Source of the DNA: a virus
Lineage: Duplodnaviria; Caudoviricetes
Reading direction: 5' to 3' (one strand)
Length of the DNA: 29,622 nt
IMG/VR virus record: IMGVR_UViG_3300037461_001297
Span: 1 to 29,622 of that record
Shown here: in pieces, positions 8,271 through 14,828 of the stretch
Layout of the letters: every line of letters starts with the position of its first letter
How positions within the stretch are numbered: the stretch's first letter is position 1
Made by a program: the position numbers and the translations under genes
Notes under the pieces: generated by a model
Databases searched by the model: none
Told to the model about the DNA's origin: nothing
The model's input: only the letters and a program-made list of their open reading frames with translations

Positions 8271-8569
8271 TCGACCTCCATGTCCGGGCTCCCCGCGAGG
8301 ATGGCCCTGTCGATGACGGCGCGCACCCTCGCCGCGTTCCTCGGCGTGATCATGCGCCCGACGTCCTCGAGGGAGACCTCGGGGCATTGGCTGCGCAGCC
8401 CGCACCATACGAGCATGCGCAGGTCGAGCATGGAGACCTCCCTGTCCTTGGTGGGGGAGATCCTCGCCTCGCTCAACGGCTTGCCGGCGCGCAGCTCCCA
8501 CTCGCAGAGCGCATTGAGGTCCCAGGTGAACCTCTCGAGCCTCGGGTCGATGTCCGTCTCCACGTGCAT
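8258..8569 (-). CDS. Tail assembly chaperone (gpG-like)
   Basis: Between tail tube and TMP; WDLNALCEWE motif; ends ...EGKN* on a slippery sequence. Confidence 0.8.
   Translation of the reverse strand: MHVETDIDPRLERFTWDLNALCEWELRAGKPLSEARISPTKDREVSMLDLRMLVWCGLRSQCPEVSLEDVGRMITPRNAARVRAVIDRAILAGSPDMEVEGKN
8261..8270 (-). other. Programmed -1 frameshift slippery site GGGAAAAAAC
   Basis: G GGA AAA AAC TGA at the end of the chaperone gene, as in lambda-type G/GT. Confidence 0.8.
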
Positions 8570-8576
8570 CCCCCGC

Positions 8577-9305
8577 TCAGGCGGCCGCCCTGCTCACGTA
8601 CACCACATAGACCTTGGCCACCTTGCCGCTGTCGGTGCAGGTGATGGTGAACGTCGTCACTGTGCCCGCCGCCCCCAGGGACTGCGCCGCGCTGGCGACC
8701 CCGGTGGTGAGCGTGCTCGTGCCGTCCGTGAAGCTGTTGTGCAGCGTTATCACGGCGGTGGCGTCGGTCACGGTGAACGTCAGCGAGCCTGTCCCCGTCA
8801 CGACGGGGTCGACGTACTCGTAGGTGCTCCCGGAGAACGCCGGGTTCAGGGTGCCCACGCTCACGGCGATGGTCGTGGCGTCCGCGCTCGCGGTGATGGC
8901 CAGCACCGGCTTGCCGCTGATGCGCAAGGTCGCGCTGAACGATGCCTTGCCGTCCAGCTCGCCCGTCAGCTCGAAGGCCTTGACGAAGGCGCTGAAAGTC
9001 CAGGTCGTCGCCAGGGCGCTCGGGAAGGTGATCACGAAGCTCTGCAGAGTCCCGGCCAAATAGTCCGTGTGCAGGCCCACCTGCCCGTCGGTGTCGCCGG
9101 GGATGAAGTTGCCCTCGATGGGCACCGTGCCCCCGTCCCTGAGCCCCTGGACGTACTCCTTGAATCCGTTGTCGGACTCATGGTTCGTTATGTCGATCTC
9201 CCCGCTGTCCATCTTGACGTCGGGGAAGTTGGTTATCTCCGCGATGGCATTGCCGTCGCGCGTCAGCGTCACTCCGAACGCCGACTTGGCTGCGCTCGCT
9301 GTCAT
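8577..9305 (-). CDS. Major tail tube protein with C-terminal cadherin-like beta-sandwich
   Basis: IDITNHESDNGFKEYVQGLRDGG...FSATLRISGKP tube domain; GTLNPAFSGSTYEY...KVYVVYVSR appendage. Confidence 0.88.
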   Translation of the reverse strand: MTASAAKSAFGVTLTRDGNAIAEITNFPDVKMDSGEIDITNHESDNGFKEYVQGLRDGGTVPIEGNFIPGDTDGQVGLHTDYLAGTLQSFVITFPSALATTWTFSAFVKAFELTGELDGKASFSATLRISGKPVLAITASADATTIAVSVGTLNPAFSGSTYEYVDPVVTGTGSLTFTVTDATAVITLHNSFTDGTSTLTTGVASAAQSLGAAGTVTTFTITCTDSGKVAKVYVVYVSRAAA

Positions 9306-9317
9306 GCTTTGGTCCTC

Positions 9318-9701
9318 CTATCTCTCCACGTAGTAGTTCTGCGCCAATCGGAACATGAGGTTCTTCCGGCCCAATGGCGCTATGGACTGGCTCGCCCTTA
9401 TCCTGCGGTAGAACGTGCCCTCGATGGTCACGTTCGCGAGATTGCCGATGCGGTCCTCGACGGCCTGCAGCACCGCGCGCACTGTCGAGAACTCGCCGTT
9501 CACCCCCCCTCTGGCCACGACCTGCAGGCCGGGCCGGGGAATCGTCGTGCCGTCATGCGTCCTGAGCGGCTCGCTCCCAGCGTACTCGTAGACGGCGATG
9601 CACGCGGCCGGGGTCTCCGGCATGTGCCCTATGAAGATGCTCGTGCCCACCGTGCCGATGGCGCCGTCCTCGAGGTACTCGGCGATGTCCGAGAGCATCA
9701 T
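9318..9701 (-). CDS. Tail terminator / 'minor capsid'-type neck protein
   Basis: DIAEYL...IFIGHMPETP...IAVYEYAG...PGLQVVARG motif; ATGA coupling. Confidence 0.75.
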   Translation of the reverse strand: MMLSDIAEYLEDGAIGTVGTSIFIGHMPETPAACIAVYEYAGSEPLRTHDGTTIPRPGLQVVARGGVNGEFSTVRAVLQAVEDRIGNLANVTIEGTFYRRIRASQSIAPLGRKNLMFRLAQNYYVER

Positions 9702-10066
9702 TCCCCTCCCTCCAGCGCCGCCGTTATCGCCGCCCCTATCCGCTCCGGCAGGTACGGCAGGTTGCGGTTGACCGGGTCCTCCAGGAACTTCGCCTTGCCC
9801 GTCGGGTGCGCCGCCTCCAGGTCCTCGTGCACATAGACGGCGTACTCCAGCGGATAGAGCAGCGTGACCGAGCCGCGCTCCTCCTCGAGCACGCTCCCGC
9901 TCGCCCGGAGCGCCCCGGTGTCGACCGGGCACTGCTTCTTCGACTCCGCCATGATGCGCTCGCCCTCGAGCACCAGCGCCGAGGAGGCCGCATCGGCCAC
10001 CCTGGAGCTGATGGCGTCGAGCGCCGCCATGGTCTCCTCGAGCCCCTCTATCCTCACCTCGATCAC
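9698..10066 (-). CDS. HK97 gp10-like tail completion protein
   Basis: IEGLEE...CPVDTGALRAS...EYAVYVHE...KAKFLE; GTGA coupling with GGAGGTG SD. Confidence 0.85.
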   Translation of the reverse strand: MIEVRIEGLEETMAALDAISSRVADAASSALVLEGERIMAESKKQCPVDTGALRASGSVLEEERGSVTLLYPLEYAVYVHEDLEAAHPTGKAKFLEDPVNRNLPYLPERIGAAITAALEGGE

Positions 10067-10371
10067 ACGAGCACCTCCTTGTGCGTGAGCGTGCCGCGCA
10101 GGTCGTAGCGCAGGATGAGGTCGAGGACGTCGCGATAGCTGCCGTCCGGCATGGTCACGCGGTCCGTCAGTTTGACCGTCGTAGAAGGCCCGACGAAGAT
10201 CCTCGCCGTGCTCGCCACCTCCCTCCCGTCCTTGTCCTGGAGGAGCGTGGTCACGTAGTCGATGCGGCAATCGGTCGAGGACGGCGTGCCGTACGCCCCT
10301 ATGCCGCTGTCGCTCAGGCTGGACCTCGCGCTCAGGTATATGGTCTGCTTCAGCGAGGGCGTGACGTTCAG
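10063..10371 (-). CDS. Head closure / head-tail adaptor protein (probable CTG start)
   Basis: LKQTIYL...GAYGTP...CRID...DKDGREVASTARIFV...DRVTMPDG; position before gp10-like gene. Confidence 0.75.
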   Translation of the reverse strand: MNVTPSLKQTIYLSARSSLSDSGIGAYGTPSSTDCRIDYVTTLLQDKDGREVASTARIFVGPSTTVKLTDRVTMPDGSYRDVLDLILRYDLRGTLTHKEVLV

Positions 10372-11384
10372 GTATAGGCCCCCTTCTTCTCCAGTAGAGG
10401 CTCGATGAAGGCTCTCTCCAGACCTCCGCCATCGCACCATTGCAGCCATCCCTTATAGCTGTCTATTGAGCTGCGGTCCTTTCCATCCAATTCTCCTTTG
10501 CGGGACAGCTCTCGCATGCGGCGCTTCAGCCTAAGCGCCGTTTCCCTCCGGAGGAGCGTCAGGTCGCCGAAACAGCGGTACCCTAGGAAGTCCACGCCCC
10601 TGACATGTGTGGGGAATATCTGCCAATCCTGCTTCATCGTCAATCTGAGCCTGGCCTCCAGATAGGCCTCGGCCTCGAACCTGAGGTCTGCTAGCCAGGC
10701 CTTGTCCGCGCCGAGGACCACGCAATCGTCGCAATAGCGGAAATAATAGCTGACCCTCTTGTCCTCCTTCATCCAATGGTCGAGCCCGGACAGATACAGG
10801 TTGCCGAAGAATTGGCTCAGGTAGTTGCCGATGGGGATCCCTCTGCCCCGGTCGTACGAGTCTATGATGTCGTCGAGCAGCCAGAGGACGTCCGGGTCCT
10901 TGATCTTCCGGCGCACGATTTCTTTCAGGAGCCCATGGTCGACAGAGGGGTAGAACTTGCGGACGTCGAACTTCAGGCAGTAGGCCGTCCCATTCCAGTC
11001 CCGGAGCGCTTCCTGCAGGTCCCTGAGGCCGGCATGGATGCCCCTGCCCTTCAGCGATGCGTACGTGGTAGGGATGAGCGTGCTCATCCAAATGGGCTCG
11101 AGGACCCGGACCGCCGCCCATTGGACGATCCGGTCTGGGTAATAGGGTAGGACGAATATCTCCCGCTCCTTCCCCCCGTCGCTCTTGATGAAGCGCCGGT
11201 AGGGCGAGGTGCTGTATGCCCTTTCCCTCAGCATGTTCGAGACGCTCTTCAGATAGCGCTCGGGGTCCTTATCCACCTCCTGCACATCGTGATAGTGCGA
11301 CTTCCCCCTCCGGGCGTTCCTGTGCGCCTCCCGGAGATTCTCCATGCTGTGGATCGAAGGGAAGAAACGGCCATGGCGTTTCAT
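10368..11384 (-). CDS. DGR-type reverse transcriptase (338 aa)
   Basis: MKRHGRFF...ENLREAHRNARRGK; GKEREI; CLKFDVRKFYPSVDH; GIPIGNYLSQFFGNLYL (DGR SQ motif); YFRYCDD; GVDFLGY; start ATG 11384 after GGAG. Confidence 0.96.
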   Translation of the reverse strand: MKRHGRFFPSIHSMENLREAHRNARRGKSHYHDVQEVDKDPERYLKSVSNMLRERAYSTSPYRRFIKSDGGKEREIFVLPYYPDRIVQWAAVRVLEPIWMSTLIPTTYASLKGRGIHAGLRDLQEALRDWNGTAYCLKFDVRKFYPSVDHGLLKEIVRRKIKDPDVLWLLDDIIDSYDRGRGIPIGNYLSQFFGNLYLSGLDHWMKEDKRVSYYFRYCDDCVVLGADKAWLADLRFEAEAYLEARLRLTMKQDWQIFPTHVRGVDFLGYRCFGDLTLLRRETALRLKRRMRELSRKGELDGKDRSSIDSYKGWLQWCDGGGLERAFIEPLLEKKGAYT

Positions 11385-11530
11385 GCTACCACTCCCTTGC
11401 TCCGGGTGTGGGGTGCGCCGAGCGTTCGGCAACGCCTACCAGCACGGCTTTTCAGCATGGTCTTGTTTTGCCAAGGGGCAGGGCGGGCGGGCCTGCGGTC
11501 GCTGTTGATCGCGAGCTTCCTTTCCACATT

Positions 11531-11636
11531 CGCCTGGGTGCCGATATTCCGATTCGAATTGCCTGAGCCATTGTTCAGATTCCAATTCCAGGCTCCCGCA
11601 TTCGTGCCATTGTTCCAATTCGCGCCTAGGAGCGTG
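11531..11636 (-). repeat. DGR template repeat (TR)
   Basis: 106-bp ungapped match to 11769-11874; reads LLGANWNNGTNAGAWNWNLNNGSGNSNRNIGTQA with 11 AAY codons. Confidence 0.95.
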
Positions 11637-11753
11637 CGTGCCTTGTTGGGCGCGTTCCCTGGTGTTCTCGGCTCCCTCGGCCCATCCGCCTTTTGGGTTT
11701 GTCCGTCCCTTCCGTTCGTCATCGTCATCTGTCCTTCGTCAAGTATCCCGATG

Positions 11754-13268
11754 TCACCCCACATATCCCGCCCGGGCGCCGATATCCCGACCCGAACCGC
11801 CCGAGCCAACGCCCAGATTCCAATACCAGGCCCCCGCATACGCGCCAATGCCCCAACCCGCGCCCAGGAGCGCGATCCTGTTCCCCGTGGCCCTGTAATA
11901 ATAATCGCAGAGCTTCGTCAATGACGAGCCACCGGCCGCGGAGGGGAGGAACTGATAGTCGTTGTCGGCGTCGATGGCTATGTCCGTCGCATAGCCATCC
12001 GAGGACGAGAGCACGAGGCCGCTGTCGACATACGGCGCCGCGAAGGTGTCACTGGCGAAGCCGCTGTCCGCTATCCAGGGATTGTAATCGGCCTTGATGT
12101 TGATGCCGTCCACGAACTTCCAGATGTTGCTCCAGAAGTTCTCGATGCCCCGATAGCTCACGGAGTTGGCCGCCTGTCCCGTCTGGTAGTGGGTCTGGCC
12201 GGTCGCCTCCCCGCTCAGGTTCCCCTTCGCCGAGGTCTGGCCGGTGAAGACCGCCATGTTCGTCGCCGCGTCGTCGGTGACTCCGGTCACGCCGATGCCT
12301 ATGTTGGACTGCGAGTTGAACGACGCGTACTCGATGAGATGCAGAAGCTGCACGGCGGACGACATGAGGAGATCCTGCTGTATCCATCCCGTGCCCCGGT
12401 TGGCCGCCAGCGTCCGCGCCTGGGCGATGGTCAGCGAGGTCTTCCATCCGGAGATGGGCTTGACGCCCGCCACGCTTGCCAGCTTGTCCCCGGTCGTCGC
12501 CGTGTTGTCGCGCCCAGCGGGGTCGTTGAGCATGTAGCCCCCGGCCCCCGACGTCGTCTTCGCCACCGTCGCGGTGACGCCCGTCGTCCCCCCGCTGAAC
12601 GTCGCCGTCGTCTTGAGGCCGGCGACGCTGCAGGTGAGGATGCACGCCGCGTCCGCGCCCGTCGGAGCCCAGCTCTGCTGGTATCCATTGTAGGTCGCGG
12701 CCCTGAGCTTCGCGGCGACGTCGTTGGCGCTGTCCCCGTTCAGTACGGCGACGGCGAAGGTGTTGTTCCCGTCGAGCACGATGGTCACGTTCCCGTCAGC
12801 CGTCGCCCCGCCCGTCACCGTGATGGTGTCCACCTCGGTGGCCGAGGCGGTCACGTCGTAGGCCGTAGCCTCATACGCGCCCAGGAAGACCTGGTTCTTG
12901 GTGACGCCGTTGCGGACGAAGGTGGGGTGAACCTTGAAGCCGGGGACAGGGACGGGCGAGACGTACCAGCGGTAGCCCGTCGCCGTGACCTCGGTCCTAT
13001 AGTAGAACTTGGGGATGAGCACCATCACCTGCCCGTTCGAGCCCGTCTCCGAGTACGTGGCGTCGCCGTAGTAGGCGTTGATCGTGCCATTGTCGGCGAG
13101 GTTGCAGCGACGCATCCCCAGCCACGGCAGGAAGTCGTTGAAGCTGGCCTGCGATTTGCCCGAGGCGCCCTTGAGGCGGGTGTAGGCGTCGGTGCTCTTG
13201 TTCCATTCCAGGCCGTAGATCACGCTCTGGTATGCGCTCAGGTCCAGCCCCTCGATGCGCATCCGCAT
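11754..13268 (-). CDS. DGR target protein (504 aa), predicted C-type-lectin/FGE-like fold; probable virion adhesin
   Basis: GQVMVLIPKFYYR, GFKVHPTF, LGAYEA, SYRGIENFWSNIWKFVDG and C-terminal GxxW...GAR motifs; contains the VR. Confidence 0.9.
   Translation of the reverse strand: MRMRIEGLDLSAYQSVIYGLEWNKSTDAYTRLKGASGKSQASFNDFLPWLGMRRCNLADNGTINAYYGDATYSETGSNGQVMVLIPKFYYRTEVTATGYRWYVSPVPVPGFKVHPTFVRNGVTKNQVFLGAYEATAYDVTASATEVDTITVTGGATADGNVTIVLDGNNTFAVAVLNGDSANDVAAKLRAATYNGYQQSWAPTGADAACILTCSVAGLKTTATFSGGTTGVTATVAKTTSGAGGYMLNDPAGRDNTATTGDKLASVAGVKPISGWKTSLTIAQARTLAANRGTGWIQQDLLMSSAVQLLHLIEYASFNSQSNIGIGVTGVTDDAATNMAVFTGQTSAKGNLSGEATGQTHYQTGQAANSVSYRGIENFWSNIWKFVDGINIKADYNPWIADSGFASDTFAAPYVDSGLVLSSSDGYATDIAIDADNDYQFLPSAAGGSSLTKLCDYYYRATGNRIALLGAGWGIGAYAGAWYWNLGVGSGGSGRDIGARAGYVG
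11769..11874 (-). repeat. DGR variable repeat (VR) at the 3' end of the target gene
   Basis: 23 mismatches to TR, each at a TR adenine on the coding strand; reads LLGAGWGIGAYAGAWYWNLGVGSGGSGRDIGARA. Confidence 0.95.
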
Positions 13269-13272
13269 CCAT

Positions 13273-13548
13273 TCACCTCCTGTACAAGTAGTTCAGTGTG
13301 GCGGTGGAAGACGCGCTCTTTGCATAGACCAGGTTCAAGTTGCTGACCGGGAGCACAATATGCTGGCCCGGCGTCAGCACAACTGGCTGCGACGTAACAT
13401 CCCCCACCAGTAGATTGACCAGGCTGCTCGGGTCGTTCTGGATCAACACCTCGCTGCATGTCGCGGAACCGATTGCCGCGGCCGTGTTGTTCTGTGATTT
13501 CGTCCCTGCTATCAGGTTCAATGAAGGGTATGATAGTTCTCCATCCAT
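13273..13548 (-). CDS. Small beta-rich protein (91 aa), possible partner of the DGR target
   Basis: EVLIQNDP...NLLVGD...VVLTPGQHIVLPVSNLNLVYAK; 4 bp upstream of the target gene. Confidence 0.7.
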   Translation of the reverse strand: MDGELSYPSLNLIAGTKSQNNTAAAIGSATCSEVLIQNDPSSLVNLLVGDVTSQPVVLTPGQHIVLPVSNLNLVYAKSASSTATLNYLYRR

Positions 13549-13552
13549 GTTC

Positions 13553-13930
13553 TCACCCGTTGACTTTGTGGATGCGGCTCGAGAGGCGAACCGCCGCCTG
13601 CGCCTTCGCTATGTAGGCCGACACGGCGCGGTCGGCCGACTCACGCAGCTTGGCTATGGCTCCGTCCAGGGTGTCCGACTCGGACGCCTCCCCGACGCTC
13701 TTGGAGGACGGCTGCGTCCCGTCCATCCTGTGCCTGGTCATCACGCCGGCCACGCTCAGGTCGACCGATGCGGCCATGAGCAGCGTGTCCGAGGAGGGCG
13801 GCGTGAGCCCCGCCTCGTACAGCCTCGCGTTTATCTCCCTGTCCGCCTGGGCGATGATGGCCTCCAAAATGGTCTGGGAGAGGGCGCTGCCCGTCACGTT
13901 CTGGATGTCGGTGTACGCGCAATAGCTCAC
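13553..13930 (-). CDS. Head-tail connector / adaptor (gp6/gp15-like)
   Basis: MSYCAYTDIQ...IIAQADREINARL pattern; GTGA coupling. Confidence 0.75.
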   Translation of the reverse strand: MSYCAYTDIQNVTGSALSQTILEAIIAQADREINARLYEAGLTPPSSDTLLMAASVDLSVAGVMTRHRMDGTQPSSKSVGEASESDTLDGAIAKLRESADRAVSAYIAKAQAAVRLSSRIHKVNG

Positions 13931-14193
13931 AGCATCACCCCCAGGGCCAGGCCCATGACCGTGAGCAGCAGGCCGATGCCCATCCATATGGCCCGGTCGC
14001 GCCCGGTCGTCACCGAGCTCCCCTCCTCGAGCTGGCGCAGGCGCTCCTCGTGGTCGACGCACTGCGCCGAGGGGCAGCGGCCGCGCATGGCCTTGACCTC
14101 GTCCTTCAGCTCATGGATGTCCGCCCTGACGTAGGCCACCTGCTCGATGAGGCGCACGAGCGCGTCGTGATCGGAGACGTCAGGGGCCATCAT
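13927..14193 (-). CDS. Coiled-coil protein with C-terminal TM helix
   Basis: DHEERLRQLE followed by IWMGIGLLLTVMGLALGVML. Confidence 0.7.
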   Translation of the reverse strand: MMAPDVSDHDALVRLIEQVAYVRADIHELKDEVKAMRGRCPSAQCVDHEERLRQLEEGSSVTTGRDRAIWMGIGLLLTVMGLALGVML

Positions 14194-14194
14194 G

Positions 14195-14536
14195 TCACCT
14201 CTTGAGCTCGGCGACCTTCTTCAGGATAGCCTCGTAGAGCTCCATGGCGGAGTCGTACAGCTCGTTCATTTCGGCGGTCGTGAACGAGGCATCCTCCCAT
14301 CCCTTCTTGAAGGCGGCGTGCATGCGCTTCAGCGCGTCCGCCTCCACCTTGATGCTGGGGAATACCACGGCCAGCCCCGCCGCTATCTCGGTCATCTTCC
14401 CGAAGCCCGCGAGGATCATGTCGCCCTGCTCGTAGGCCTCCACCTTGCGTCCCTGCAGCCAGACGGTCACGAGCGTTAGCAGCCCTGCCACCACGCCCAA
14501 CGCCGCCGCCACCAATTGGTCAGTCATCGTCATCAT
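14195..14536 (-). CDS. Membrane protein (holin-like candidate)
   Basis: N-terminal TM LVAAALGVVAGLLTLVTVWL; several clustered ATGs (14527-14542), so the exact start is uncertain. Confidence 0.65.
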   Translation of the reverse strand: MMTMTDQLVAAALGVVAGLLTLVTVWLQGRKVEAYEQGDMILAGFGKMTEIAAGLAVVFPSIKVEADALKRMHAAFKKGWEDASFTTAEMNELYDSAMELYEAILKKVAELKR

Positions 14537-14789
14537 CTCCATCTCCGCAGGCGTTCCGCTTGCGGATGTCGATAGTATGGTTCCGGGGGGACGCGCCGGG
14601 CCGATGGTCGATGGGCTGGCTCTGGACCTTGAACCGTCTTGGGTCGTGCTCCCCCAGCCCAACGTCGTCGGGGAGCTCCAGCCATGCGATCTCCTCGTCG
14701 CTGAGCTGGGTCCGGTCCTCGGCGCCCTTGGCGTACAGGTCGGCGTATTCCCTGGTCAGGGTCTTTCCCTTGCCCATCTTCGTCAGCAT
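14520..14789 (-). CDS. Hypothetical protein (89 aa)
   Basis: ORF track; fills the gap after the capsid gene; GGGGG SD-like. Confidence 0.65.
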   Translation of the reverse strand: MLTKMGKGKTLTREYADLYAKGAEDRTQLSDEEIAWLELPDDVGLGEHDPRRFKVQSQPIDHRPGASPRNHTIDIRKRNACGDGDDDDD

Positions 14790-14804
14790 CGGCGCGCCCC
14801 CTGG

Positions 14805-14820
14805 AATGAAAGAAAAAAGG
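14805..14820 (-). terminator. T-tract terminator after the major capsid gene
   Basis: CCTTTTTTCTTTCATT a few bases after the stop codon, no strong hairpin (archaeal style). Confidence 0.55.
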
Positions 14821-14828
14821 GTTTGGCC

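Larger units (their letters stand above)
10368..13268 (-). mobile_element. Diversity-generating retroelement (target/VR - TR - RT)
   Basis: RT plus a TR/VR pair with adenine-only mismatches plus a target ORF with C-terminal VR. Confidence 0.95.

Noticed and set aside
7191-9836. 881-aa plus-strand ORF
   Set aside because: Antisense shadow of GC3-rich tail genes; Arg/Gly/His-rich with no recognisable motifs
10368-11432. RT as a group II intron, retron or Abi RT; ORF-track start at 11432
   Set aside because: Short RT without maturase or endonuclease domains, SQ motif and adjacent TR/VR indicate a DGR; ATG 11384 has the SD and the MKR start
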